A DNA stretch of 64,000 nucleotides from Deltaproteobacteria bacterium (GTDB taxonomy: Bacteria; Desulfobacterota; Desulfuromonadia; Geobacterales; Pseudopelobacteraceae), in contig JAFLLC010000069.1 of assembly GCA_019162745.1 (NCBI GenBank), positions 3,002 to 67,001 of the forward strand. The letters run 5' to 3'. A program made the translations under genes and the position numbers. The first letter of the stretch is position 1. The number at the start of each line of letters is the position of its first letter. The notes below the pieces were generated by a model. The model saw nothing but the letters and a program-made list of their open reading frames with translations, did no database searches and was not told the origin of the DNA. Shown piece after piece: positions 42,062-51,727 of this stretch.

Positions 42062-43309
42062 ATGAATTTACAAGAGCTTAAAGGAAAAAAAATCAGTGAT
42101 CTCAACGCTATTGCACGTGAACTCAACATTGAAGGGGCATCGAGTCTCCGCAAGCAGGATCTGATCTTTGCCATCCTGAACGCCCAGACTGAGCAGAACG
42201 GCTTGATCTTCGGCGAAGGTGTCCTCGAAACGCTTCAGGATGGTTTCGGTTTTCTCCGGGCCACCGATTACAACTATCTGCCCGGCCCTGATGATATCTA
42301 TGTTTCTCCCAGCCAGATCAGACGCTTCAACCTGCGCACCGGTGATACCGTTTCCGGCCAGATCCGCCCCCCCAAAGAGGGAGAGCGTTATTTTGCGCTG
42401 CTCAAGGTAGAGTCGGTCAACCATGAATCACCGGAAGTTGCCCGCGATAAAATACTTTTTGACAACCTGACGCCTCTTTATCCGGATGAAAAACTCACAC
42501 TTGAAACGACTCCGGACAACCTGCCGATGCGGGTGATCGAACTGGTAGCGCCGATAGGCAAGGGGCAGCGCGGTCTGATTGTTGCTCCACCCCGTACCGG
42601 CAAGACCGTATTGATCCAGAACATTGCCAATTCTATCGCCGCCAATCATCCTGAAGTTTACCTGATCGTCCTGCTGATCGACGAGCGCCCTGAAGAGGTC
42701 ACCGACATGCAGCGCTCGGTTAACGGTGAAGTTGTTTCGTCCACCTTCGACGAACCTGCCACCCGCCACGTCCAGGTCGCCGAGATGGTTATCGAAAAAG
42801 CCAAACGACTTGTGGAGCACAAAAAGGATGTTGTCATCCTGCTCGACTCTATTACCCGCCTGGCACGTGCCTACAACACGGTGCTCCCTCCCTCCGGCAA
42901 GATTTTAACCGGCGGCGTAGATGCCAACGCCCTGCAAAGACCAAAACGCTTCTTCGGTGCAGCACGCAATATTGAAGAGGGGGGCTCACTGACGATCATC
43001 GCCACCGCACTGGTTGATACCGGCAGCAAGATGGACGAAGTTATCTTTGAGGAATTCAAGGGGACCGGCAATATGGAGCTGCACCTTGACCGCAAACTGG
43101 TGGAAAAACGCACCTTCCCGGCCATCGACATCAACAAATCAGGAACTCGCAAGGAAGAGCTGCTGATAGAAAAAACATTTCTGAATCGGATCTGGATTCT
43201 GCGCAAGATTATCCACCCGATGAACGTGGTGGACAGCATGGAGTTTTTGCTGGACAAACTATCAGAGACCAAGACCAACCAGGCTTTCCTGGATTCAATG
43301 TCGAAATAA
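42062..43309 (+). CDS. rho: Transcription termination factor Rho
   Basis: 415 aa. GFGFLR RNP1-like motif, Walker [19 protein letters not shown]. Confidence 0.97.
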   Translation: MNLQELKGKKISDLNAIARELNIEGASSLRKQDLIFAILNAQTEQNGLIFGEGVLETLQDGFGFLRATDYNYLPGPDDIYVSPSQIRRFNLRTGDTVSGQIRPPKEGERYFALLKVESVNHESPEVARDKILFDNLTPLYPDEKLTLETTPDNLPMRVIELVAPIGKGQRGLIVAPPRTGKTVLIQNIANSIAANHPEVYLIVLLIDERPEEVTDMQRSVNGEVVSSTFDEPATRHVQVAEMVIEKAKRLVEHKKDVVILLDSITRLARAYNTVLPPSGKILTGGVDANALQRPKRFFGAARNIEEGGSLTIIATALVDTGSKMDEVIFEEFKGTGNMELHLDRKLVEKRTFPAIDINKSGTRKEELLIEKTFLNRIWILRKIIHPMNVVDSMEFLLDKLSETKTNQAFLDSMSK

Positions 43310-43409
43310 GCAAATAAATGTTGCAATAAATATTCATAATGGCTAGAATTGCTTTTTGTGTTCACAAATGATTACGTTACGCAGCAAAGCACTACTGAAG
43401 GAGGAAGAG

Positions 43410-43610
43410 ATGAAAGAAGGCATCCACCCAGAATATTCCGAGATTACCGTTAAGTGCCTGTGCGGTAATACATTCCAGACACGTTCCACAAAAAGCGAGA
43501 TCAGCACAGAGATCTGTTCTGCCTGCCATCCGTTCTACACCGGCAAACAGAAATTGATTGACACAGCTGGTCGTGTCGAACGCTACAAAAGACGTTACGG
43601 TCAGGCTTGA
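43410..43610 (+). CDS. rpmE: 50S ribosomal protein L31
   Basis: 66 aa from [43 protein letters not shown] immediately upstream. Confidence 0.95.
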   Translation: MKEGIHPEYSEITVKCLCGNTFQTRSTKSEISTEICSACHPFYTGKQKLIDTAGRVERYKRRYGQA

Positions 43611-43635
43611 TCGATCGTTTTGTAAAGTCATGAGA

Positions 43636-43669
43636 GGGGCTTTGTCGCGAGGCAAATCCCCTTTTTTTT
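43636..43669 (+). terminator. Rho-independent terminator after rpmE
   Basis: GGGGCTTTG tcgcgagg CAAATCCCC followed by an 8-T run. Confidence 0.65.
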
Positions 43670-43783
43670 CTCCTTGCACCTGTCTCCGGCAGGGCACTGT
43701 TTCAGCACCATCATACCAACAAGAGCATGCCGGTTTTTGAAACAACCATCGCTTAACCCTGAGCATGGCTCGAACGGGACACC

Positions 43784-44476
43784 ATGAACGTCACCCTGAT
43801 CGAACACACCCCCAATCCTGAACGTACCGTCGCGTTAGCGGCCCGTCTCTGTTACTCGCCTGCTTCAATTGATGATTTACAGGAAAAACTGGCTGCCTCC
43901 GATATCGAGTCGTTTCTGGACAAGATCATGTCACTGGGACACCACTCGGTGCTTGAACACGCTACTTTCACCTTCGGCATCGAGGGAATTTCGCGGGTCA
44001 CCACACACCAACTGGTACGTCACCGCATCGCCTCTTTTTCCCAGCAGTCTCAACGCTACGTGTCGCACAAAGAAGAATTCACCTCCATCATGCCGGACAC
44101 AATTGCCGATAATTCCGAGGCGCGGCAGATATTTGCCTTTATGTCCGAAACAGTCCACAAGGCTTATGCCCAGTTGATCGAGATGGGGATACCGGCCGAA
44201 GACGCCAGATATATCCTGCCAAACGCTACCGAAACAAAAATCATCATGACCATGAACGCCCGTGAACTGCTGCACTTTTTTGCCCTGCGCTGCTGCCAGC
44301 GAGCCCAGTGGGAAATACGCGAGATGAGCGTCGAAATGCTGCGCCTGGTAAAAAAAATAGCGCCGGTCATTTTCCGTCAGGCCGGTCCGGGCTGCGTCAG
44401 CGGTCCCTGCCCGGAAGGGAAGCTTTGTTGCGGGCAAGCGGCCGAAGTCAGAGAGTTCTATAAAAATCTGGAATAG
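43784..44476 (+). CDS. thyX: FAD-dependent thymidylate synthase
   Basis: 230 aa. ThyX signature RHRIASFSQQSQRY. Confidence 0.93.
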   Translation: MNVTLIEHTPNPERTVALAARLCYSPASIDDLQEKLAASDIESFLDKIMSLGHHSVLEHATFTFGIEGISRVTTHQLVRHRIASFSQQSQRYVSHKEEFTSIMPDTIADNSEARQIFAFMSETVHKAYAQLIEMGIPAEDARYILPNATETKIIMTMNARELLHFFALRCCQRAQWEIREMSVEMLRLVKKIAPVIFRQAGPGCVSGPCPEGKLCCGQAAEVREFYKNLE

Positions 44477-44490
44477 TTCAGTGAGGTTAT

Positions 44491-45450
44491 ATGGATAAGA
44501 TATCTGTTGGCGGACAGGCGGTCATTGAAGGGGTAATGATGCGCGCCCCCCGATCTGTTGCCATTGCAGTCCGTCGTCCCGATGGCGAGATAGTTGTCAA
44601 AAGCGAACTTTTAATCCCGCTCTCAGAGCGTTTCCCAATTGTAAAGCTGCCAATCGTACGCGGCGCAGTAGCGCTCTTCACCTCCCTGATCATCGGCATC
44701 AAGGCACTTAACTTCTCGGCCACTGAAGCGATGACCGAGGACGAGAAAGAGGAAGAAAAGGAAAAAGAAAAGTCCAAAGTTGGAGAAAAAAGTAAAGGGA
44801 GCGGAGGTGAGCTTTCCTCGTGGGCCATGGCCGGAACCATGACAGTGGCCTTCGGCTTCGGCATCTGCCTGTTCTTTCTTTTCCCACTCTACCTGACCAA
44901 ACTGCTGACGCCGATCATCGGCGACAACAACGTCGTCTTTAACCTGGTAGATGGTGTCATCCGGGTGGCCGTGTTTCTGCTCTATATCTGGGCCATCTCG
45001 CGCATGAGTGACATCCAGCGGGTTTTTCAGTACCACGGAGCCGAACACAAGTCGATCTTTGCCTTTGAAGCGGGTGAGGAGTTGACTGTTGAAAACGTGC
45101 GCCGCCACAGCCGCCTGCACCCTCGCTGCGGCACCAGTTTCCTGCTGATCGTCATGCTGGTCAGCATCGCCGTTTTCTCTCTGATCCCACAGCTCTGGCC
45201 GTTTTACCTCAAAGCCGGCTCACGGGTCTTCCTGCTGCCGATAATCGCCGGTATCTCTTATGAATTCCTCAAATGGAGCGCTACCAACGACAGCCACCCA
45301 CTGGTCAGAATGATCATCACCCCCGGTCTGGCGCTGCAGCGCCTGACGACACGCGAGCCTGATGACAGCCAGCTTGAGGTCGCCATTCGCTCAATGAATG
45401 TGGCGCTGGAAGTAAATGCAGGTTTCAAGGACGACCGGTTGGTCGTCTAA
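44491..45450 (+). CDS. DUF1385 family membrane protein
   Basis: 319 aa. [13 protein letters not shown].. N-terminus, YHGAEHK motif and several TM helices. It carries a Glu/Lys-rich insert [25 protein letters not shown]. Confidence 0.75.
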   Translation: MDKISVGGQAVIEGVMMRAPRSVAIAVRRPDGEIVVKSELLIPLSERFPIVKLPIVRGAVALFTSLIIGIKALNFSATEAMTEDEKEEEKEKEKSKVGEKSKGSGGELSSWAMAGTMTVAFGFGICLFFLFPLYLTKLLTPIIGDNNVVFNLVDGVIRVAVFLLYIWAISRMSDIQRVFQYHGAEHKSIFAFEAGEELTVENVRRHSRLHPRCGTSFLLIVMLVSIAVFSLIPQLWPFYLKAGSRVFLLPIIAGISYEFLKWSATNDSHPLVRMIITPGLALQRLTTREPDDSQLEVAIRSMNVALEVNAGFKDDRLVV

Positions 45451-45477
45451 CCGGGGACATCCCGGACAATAAGACCT

Positions 45478-46371
45478 ATGCTATACTATGAAATTACTTA
45501 CAAAGATCACTGCCGCCGGCTGGAAAGTTTTCTGCGGGTCTTGATGCCGACATCTCCTCCCGGCTATGCGCGTAAACAGATCAAAAGTTGTGCCGCAAGC
45601 CTGAATGGAACCGCCGCAACCCCCGACACCCTGCTGGCCCTGCATGACAAGGTTACCCTCAAAGAAAGCGGGGCTACAACCGGGCATATTTCTGCAGTCA
45701 GACCAGACCTGGATATTCTCTATGAAGACAGTTTGATCCTGGTTGCCAACAAACCCCACGGCCTACCGATGCACCGAACGGCAGAATTCGAGGACAACCT
45801 GGTGGACGTTAGCCAGACGTACATGATTCAGCGCGCCACACCCTGTAAATTATATCCGGTCAACCGACTGGATCGTGGGACATCCGGAGCGGTAATCATG
45901 GCCAAAAGCTCCAGTTCTGCAGCAATCTACGGCCGTCAGGTAAAAGAAACCGGTCTTGACAAGCTCTACCTGGCACTGGTATGGGGAATTCCTGATAGCA
46001 GCGGCGTCATCAACGAAGCTCTCGACGGCAAAGAGTGCGAGACCCGCTACAAGACAGTTCTCGCCGGGGAGAATTGTTCCCTGCTGGCCGTCACTCCGAT
46101 CAGCGGGAGGATGCACCAGATCCGTCGCCACCTGGCTTCAGTCGGCCACCATATCATTGGTGACAAACGTTATGGTGGTGGGGATCTACCCGAATCATCA
46201 GGATTTGCCCTGCATTCCTTCCGAACAAATCTTGAGCGGATAGAAACGGGAAAGCTGACCGTCTGCGCCCCCATATCCGAAGAGATGCTCGATCTCTGTG
46301 AACGGAGAGGGATCGGGCGAGAGACTCTGCAAGAGACTGTTTATCAAATGGCAACAGAGGAGGCATCATGA
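45478..46371 (+). CDS. RluA-family pseudouridine synthase
   Basis: 297 aa. NRLDRGTSG (catalytic Asp) and GRMHQIRRHL motifs. Confidence 0.88.
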   Translation: MLYYEITYKDHCRRLESFLRVLMPTSPPGYARKQIKSCAASLNGTAATPDTLLALHDKVTLKESGATTGHISAVRPDLDILYEDSLILVANKPHGLPMHRTAEFEDNLVDVSQTYMIQRATPCKLYPVNRLDRGTSGAVIMAKSSSSAAIYGRQVKETGLDKLYLALVWGIPDSSGVINEALDGKECETRYKTVLAGENCSLLAVTPISGRMHQIRRHLASVGHHIIGDKRYGGGDLPESSGFALHSFRTNLERIETGKLTVCAPISEEMLDLCERRGIGRETLQETVYQMATEEAS

Positions 46372-47132
46372 GCGGAAAAACAATTTTTATTACCGGTGCA
46401 TCCGCAGGCTTCGGCGCGGCCTGCGCGCGCATGTTTGCCACAGAAGGCAACCGGCTGATTCTGACGGCACGGCGGATTGAGCCGCTCCTGAAGTTACAGG
46501 AAGAACTGGCAGCAGCAGCTGAGGTTCACATTATTCCACTGGATGTAAGTGACCGCTTGGCGGTACAGGGAGCAATCGAGTCATTGCCGGAGCGTTTCCG
46601 CAATATCGATATACTGCTGAATAATGCCGGCCTGGCTTTAGGGCTGGAACCGGCTCATCAGGTGGATCTGGATGACTGGGAAACGATGGTGGACACCAAC
46701 ATCAAGGGGGTGATGTACTGCACCCGCTTTGTATTGCCGGGTATGGTGGCCCGCAATCGTGGCCACATCATCAATATAAGTTCAACAGCCGGTGCTTGGC
46801 CCTATCCGGGCGGCAACGTCTACGGCGGTACAAAAGCCTTTGTAACACAGTTTTCCCGCAATCTGCGCTGTGATCTGCTCGGCACACGGGTGCGGGTTTC
46901 CTGTATCCAGCCCGGCATGGCTGAAACCGAATTTTCCAAGGTACGTTTCAAAGGGAACGGCGAACTGGCCGCCGGTGTGTATCGTGGGACGGAACCGCTG
47001 ACCGCTGAAGACATCGCCGAAACGGTTCGCTGGATTACAAGTCAGCCGCCGCATGTTAATGTCAATACCCTGGAGTTGATGTCTATTGACCAGGCATGGG
47101 GACCCTTTGCCATCCACAGAGAACAGAAATAA
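46368..47132 (+). CDS. Short-chain dehydrogenase/reductase (YdfG-like)
   Basis: 254 aa. TGASAGFG, NNAG and YGGTK motifs. Confidence 0.88.
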   Translation: MSGKTIFITGASAGFGAACARMFATEGNRLILTARRIEPLLKLQEELAAAAEVHIIPLDVSDRLAVQGAIESLPERFRNIDILLNNAGLALGLEPAHQVDLDDWETMVDTNIKGVMYCTRFVLPGMVARNRGHIINISSTAGAWPYPGGNVYGGTKAFVTQFSRNLRCDLLGTRVRVSCIQPGMAETEFSKVRFKGNGELAAGVYRGTEPLTAEDIAETVRWITSQPPHVNVNTLELMSIDQAWGPFAIHREQK

Positions 47133-47152
47133 TTTATTACAAGGATTAGAAC

Positions 47153-47815
47153 ATGGCAAAAGAACTATATGTCGGACATATCTCGGAGCAGGCGACCGAA
47201 GAAGATCTGCGCAAACTTTTTGAAATCATGGGGGTTGTCACCTCGGTGCACCTGATAGTTGACGAGGCAACCGGTGAATTCAAGCGTTGCGGTTACGTCC
47301 GCATGCTCTCCGAAGTTGACTTGAATGAGGTCGTTGAGACGTTGGATGGTACGTATCTGGTTGACCGCTGCATTGTTGTCAGCATAGCCAAAGAGCAGAA
47401 GGATCGTCCGGCAAAAAGCCCATACGTCAGAAGAAAGCCGCTGGCGACTTCCCGCCCGGCTGCGTCAGCACGTCCGGTATCGTCTTCCCGCCCTGCTGTG
47501 TCTGCCCGTCCGTCTGCGTCAGCCCGCCCGTCCCGCCCCGCGACCGGTTCCCGGACTGTAGCTGCTAAAGATGCCGGGCTGAACGAACGGCCTACTGAGA
47601 CAAAACGGGCCAAAAGTGCGCGCCCGGTGATTAAAGATGGGACAAAAACCGGGCGGTCTTCCGCAGCTAAAGAGGCAGTCAAAAAATGGCGCCCGGCGGC
47701 AGCTAAAGATGGCGTAAAAAGTGACCGACCTTCACCGGCAAAGCGCACCGGACGCCCTGTCGGCGGCAAAAGACAGGGAGAAAACACGCGCGCGCCGGCA
47801 AAAGGCCGCAGATAA
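47153..47815 (+). CDS. RRM (RNP-1) RNA-binding protein with repetitive Arg/Pro/Ala/Ser tail
   Basis: 220 aa. LYVGHIS (RNP-2) and KRCGYVRM (RNP-1-like). The tail contains SRPAASARPVSSSRPAVSARPSASARPSRP. Confidence 0.8.
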   Translation: MAKELYVGHISEQATEEDLRKLFEIMGVVTSVHLIVDEATGEFKRCGYVRMLSEVDLNEVVETLDGTYLVDRCIVVSIAKEQKDRPAKSPYVRRKPLATSRPAASARPVSSSRPAVSARPSASARPSRPATGSRTVAAKDAGLNERPTETKRAKSARPVIKDGTKTGRSSAAKEAVKKWRPAAAKDGVKSDRPSPAKRTGRPVGGKRQGENTRAPAKGRR

Positions 47816-47891
47816 AACAATAAAACCGATGTATCGTTCCCTCATACCGTTGCGGGAATGATGCACCGGTTAACCCATCAAGGAGCACATC

Positions 47892-49553
47892 ATGAAATTT
47901 CTGCGTAATTTCCTGTTCCTGACTCTCATTTTGACACCCGCCCTTTCCTTCTCTGCTGATCTGAAGCGAATCTCTGCCACTTCACACATAACCGCAGTCA
48001 CCGTCTACACCGACCGAGCCATGACAACACGCGGCACTAATCTCAACCTCAAACCGGGGAGTTATCTGATCGCCTTTGAAGCCCTGCCGACCCTGATATT
48101 CGATGATTCCGTGCGGGTAGAGGGAAAGGGAACTGCGGCAGCGACGATAGCGGGCCTGGAGATCAAACGGACTTTTCTGGAGGGGAGCGGCGAAAAACGG
48201 ATTCAGGGATTGCAGGAGGAGATCCGCACATTGGAGCGGAGTTCCGCCGGTCTGGATGCCAGGAAAGCCGGAATCACGGCACAAAAGGCTTTTCTCGAAT
48301 CAATCCGCGTAGCATGGAGCGACCGTATCTCCAAAGAGCTGTCGGTCGGCCGACCGACATCGGCAGAACTGCATGACGCTTCCGGTTTCGTCGGTGCCGG
48401 GGTCACCAAGGCGGAAGAACAGATCAGCGTTATTGAATCCGAAAAAAACGGGCTCAAAAACAAGATCGACGCACTCCGGCGCCAGCAGAATGAAGCGGTC
48501 GGCTCAACCCGAAAAGAGTCAAAAACGGTTGAGGTGGCTGTTGAAGTCACTCGCGGGGGGAGCCTTTTGCTTGAGCTCTCTTCGATGGTGCCTCAGGCAA
48601 GCTGGGAACCGGCCTACGATGTCCGTCTGGCAACTAACGCCAAAACTGCCGAATTGACCTTCCGGGCGATGGTCCGCCAACAGACGGGAGAGGATTGGCA
48701 TGGCATCGACCTGACGCTCTCCACTGCCCGTCCCGCAACCGGAGGTGCGCCGCCGGAACTGCACCCATGGCAGGTATCGCTGTACCATCCGCGACCGATT
48801 ATGGCAGAGAGAATGATGGCATCTCCGGCACCGCGTTACATGGCTAAAAAGGCGAGCCGGGCGTTGATGGATTATGGTGACATGGAGAGTGCAGCGGCTG
48901 AAGAAGCGCCAGCCTCCTTTGCTACCGCAGAGGTCAGTGACGAGCAATCATCAATATCATTCCACATCCCGCAGGCGCTTGACGTTCCTTCTGACGGCAC
49001 CGGTCACGGCACCGTAGTAGCCGTCGAGCTGCTGCCGGTCAGTCTGGAGTACTTGGCCATTCCAAAACTCTCGCCAGCGGTGTTTCTCAAATCGGAGATG
49101 ATCAACAAAGCTCCCTACCCGCTCCTGCCGGGTAAGGTCAATACTTTTGTCGGCAGCAGATACACCGGCAGCTCCCGATTGAAAAAGATCGCCGCTGGTG
49201 AAAAGTTTGACCTGTTTTTTGGCAGTGATGATCAGGTAACGGTAAAACGTGAAGAACTGAAGCAACATAAAGAAGCGGGACTGTTCGGCAAAAGCCGGGT
49301 CAGCTACCGCTATCGGATCGAACTTGCCAATTTCCGTAAAGAACCTCTGACTCTCACCCTGCGTGACCAGTTACCGGTAGCGGGTGACGAGGAAATCAAG
49401 GTGACACTGGAAGAGCCGTCCATCAAACCGACAGAGATAAAGAACGATGGCACGATTATCTGGAGTATGCCGCTGTTGGCGGGAGAAAAGAAGGAGCTGA
49501 GCTTCGGCATTCTGGTTGAATACCCGAAAGAGAAGGAAATTACCGGATTGTAG
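47892..49553 (+). CDS. Secreted DUF4139/DUF4140 (MuiA-like) protein
   Basis: 553 aa. Signal peptide, then ITAVTVYTDRAMTTR..LKPGSYLIAFEALP, a central coiled coil and a C-terminal beta-rich region. The family call is from memory of typical members. Confidence 0.65.
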   Translation: MKFLRNFLFLTLILTPALSFSADLKRISATSHITAVTVYTDRAMTTRGTNLNLKPGSYLIAFEALPTLIFDDSVRVEGKGTAAATIAGLEIKRTFLEGSGEKRIQGLQEEIRTLERSSAGLDARKAGITAQKAFLESIRVAWSDRISKELSVGRPTSAELHDASGFVGAGVTKAEEQISVIESEKNGLKNKIDALRRQQNEAVGSTRKESKTVEVAVEVTRGGSLLLELSSMVPQASWEPAYDVRLATNAKTAELTFRAMVRQQTGEDWHGIDLTLSTARPATGGAPPELHPWQVSLYHPRPIMAERMMASPAPRYMAKKASRALMDYGDMESAAAEEAPASFATAEVSDEQSSISFHIPQALDVPSDGTGHGTVVAVELLPVSLEYLAIPKLSPAVFLKSEMINKAPYPLLPGKVNTFVGSRYTGSSRLKKIAAGEKFDLFFGSDDQVTVKREELKQHKEAGLFGKSRVSYRYRIELANFRKEPLTLTLRDQLPVAGDEEIKVTLEEPSIKPTEIKNDGTIIWSMPLLAGEKKELSFGILVEYPKEKEITGL

Positions 49554-49568
49554 GTTAGTCCCTCTTTG

Positions 49569-50336
49569 TTAAAGGGAGGTGCGGGGGGATTTAAACTCAA
49601 CCAGATGTTTGCGATAACGGAGCGGAACATGCTTCTGCTGCAGTTTTGGATTATGCCGCTCTGTAATGGCGTGACGCTGAAAATAGCGCTGCCACAGGGC
49701 GGTATAGTCTTGTTCGGTCGCGGTGAGCGTTGGTTCGGCGGTCAACTCAATATCCCGGATCAAACGCCATGATGTCAGATCATACAGCGCCGCCTCCCTC
49801 CGACGAAGGTCATGTATCATCCAGGGGCGGTCGCCAACCCGCTCGACAAAGTGCGGGGCGATAAAGGAGAGGATGTCGGCCTCCGGTTCGATCCGGGCGT
49901 AGAGAAAACCCGCCGTAACTTCCTGAAAACGCACAAATCCCTTGTACTTGTGGGCCTCATGGGAGACGTGCCGCGCAATCCGGTTGACCGAATGGACCGG
50001 ATCCTCCGCCAGCATCCCGCACAATCGCGCCCCTACCTGAAGCCCCATCGTCAGATAGCGCCACACGAGCAGCTCAATCCCTGCTTTCTGACTATGAAAA
50101 GCATACCGCGCCGTCGCAAACGCCTCCTGCGACACAGCCACGACAAAGCGTTTCCGGAACGCCACTGCAACGTCCCTCGCCGTTGCAACTTCGCGGCTGA
50201 CACCATCAAAGAGTCCGGCCACTTGAGGGTCGTCATTCCGCACAAATTCCGGCTGATTCTCCCCCACCTCCAGACAGTCGACCACAGCGCAGAGGAGACC
50301 TTCAAAGCTGCCGTCGTAATGGTAAACAGTCATCAC
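49569..50336 (-). CDS. TIGR03915-family 'probable DNA metabolism protein' (usual partner of the TIGR03916 radical-SAM protein); no fused UDG domain
   Basis: 255 aa. N-terminal YHYDGSFEGLLCAV and C-terminal KGFVRFQEV..FLYARIEPEADILSFIAPHFVERVGDRPWMIHDLRR match my recollection of the family hallmarks. Confidence 0.75.
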   Translation of the reverse strand: MMTVYHYDGSFEGLLCAVVDCLEVGENQPEFVRNDDPQVAGLFDGVSREVATARDVAVAFRKRFVVAVSQEAFATARYAFHSQKAGIELLVWRYLTMGLQVGARLCGMLAEDPVHSVNRIARHVSHEAHKYKGFVRFQEVTAGFLYARIEPEADILSFIAPHFVERVGDRPWMIHDLRRREAALYDLTSWRLIRDIELTAEPTLTATEQDYTALWQRYFQRHAITERHNPKLQQKHVPLRYRKHLVEFKSPRTSL

Positions 50337-50358
50337 AACTCCGGTTTTTTATCTCCTA

Positions 50359-50589
50359 TCAAAAATCCTTTGGTGGATCAATAAAATGACAATCCGGCTT
50401 ACGACTACAGTGTACAAAATGAGCTTTACACCTGTCTCCGGCCACATGAGGACGAACGGCTTTTCCGCATTTTATGCACTCAAAGACAAGCGTTCTTCTC
50501 TCTTCAGGCGAAGCAGATTTTTTTACTGCCAACGCTTTTTCAACCGTAATGATATGTCCAAAAAACTTACACTGAGTTGTGATAGACAT
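50359..50589 (-). CDS. Small Cys/His-rich (zinc-ribbon-like) protein, function unknown
   Basis: 76 aa. ECIKCGKAVRPHVAGDRCKAHFVHCSRKPDC follows the pattern CxxC..HFxH..C. It lies 22 nt upstream of, and co-directional with, the TIGR03915 gene. Confidence 0.5.
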   Translation of the reverse strand: MSITTQCKFFGHIITVEKALAVKKSASPEERRTLVFECIKCGKAVRPHVAGDRCKAHFVHCSRKPDCHFIDPPKDF

Positions 50590-50834
50590 TGCTACGCTCC
50601 CTTGGCAAACTTGCTATGAAATAGTTTTTATCTGAATATACGTTTCACTTAATCCAGCGTTTGTGCCGATAAAGCCCGAAGGCAGGGCCTTCGCCACCTT
50701 GAAGCATATCGCACTACATTAGAGGACAGATCATCCATAAGACAACGTTTTGAAAACGGCGGAAGAATACCAAAAATAATACGTTAAAGCAATCCTGTCG
50801 TATTCTATTCACCGGGTGCTTACGGAGACGCCAT

Positions 50835-51710
50835 ATGTTGACCCCTGCAGAACTTACCCGCCATCATGAGAGCGGAAACCTCAACCAAGCGACAATCGCC
50901 GCATTCCGGGCGATGATTTTCGCTCATTATCACGAAAGTGCACGACTAATGCCGTGGCGGGAAACCCGCGATCCATACGCCGTCCTCGTATCCGAGATCA
51001 TGCTCCAACAAACCCAGGTCGAGCGTGTCCGGCTTAAATACGGTGAGTTTCTTGCGCGCTTTCCGACGCTTGCCACGCTTGCTTCCGCACCACTGTCAGA
51101 TGTTCTCACGGTCTGGCAGGGCCTGGGGTACAATCGACGGGCAATCTATCTCAAACGGTGCGCCGAGGAGATCGTCGCGCGGTACGACGGCATTTTTCCC
51201 GCAACAGTACAGGAACTGCAGGCGTTGCCCGGCATCGGTCCCTACACCGCACGGGCAGTGGCCGCCTTTGCCTTCGATGTGGCGGAGCCTCTCATAGAAA
51301 CTAACGTCCGCACGGTGTACATCCACTTCTTTTTTCAAGGCCATGACAAGGTGAGCGACCGTGACATCATGCCGCTGGTTGCGGCAACCCTTGACCATAC
51401 CAACCCGCGCGAATGGTATTATGCCGTAATGGATTACGGCACGATGCTCAAGCAGCGCCATCCCAATCCGGGGCAGCGCAGCCTCCACCACACACGCCAA
51501 AGCAGCTTTGAAGGATCAAACCGGCAGTTGCGCAGCCGGATACTGCGGCGGATAATCGCCCAGCCGGGGATAACGGTGAAACAGCTCCTGTCAGCGATAC
51601 CGGCAGAACATGACATGGTCCTCGCAAATATTGAGGCCATGCAGCGGGAAGGATTTCTTCTGAAAAAAGGGCGCGGTTATCGGATTTCCGATGAAACGAT
51701 GAATTCCTGA
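50835..51710 (+). CDS. HhH-GPD DNA glycosylase, MutY/Nth-like N-terminal domain, without an Fe-S cluster loop
   Basis: 291 aa. SEIMLQQTQVERV (MutY catalytic Glu region), WQGLGYNRRA and HhH LPGIGPYTARAV. The whole protein has only one Cys. The C-terminal ~70 aa looks winged-helix-like (SFEGSNRQLRSRILRRI..). Confidence 0.8.
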   Translation: MLTPAELTRHHESGNLNQATIAAFRAMIFAHYHESARLMPWRETRDPYAVLVSEIMLQQTQVERVRLKYGEFLARFPTLATLASAPLSDVLTVWQGLGYNRRAIYLKRCAEEIVARYDGIFPATVQELQALPGIGPYTARAVAAFAFDVAEPLIETNVRTVYIHFFFQGHDKVSDRDIMPLVAATLDHTNPREWYYAVMDYGTMLKQRHPNPGQRSLHHTRQSSFEGSNRQLRSRILRRIIAQPGITVKQLLSAIPAEHDMVLANIEAMQREGFLLKKGRGYRISDETMNS

Positions 51711-51727
51711 CTGCCCTTGCCTCAGCA

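Noticed and set aside
50590-50834. Searched the divergent promoter region of the repair island for a LexA/SOS box (CTGT-N8-ACAG type or GGTT-N2-C-N4-G-N3-ACC type)
   Set aside because: I found only a poor partial match (CTGAATATACGTTTCA) and no GGTT..ACC motif. A 7-bp hairpin CGAAGGC-agg-GCCTTCG at about 50675-50695 is present, but it has no T-run and no evident role.
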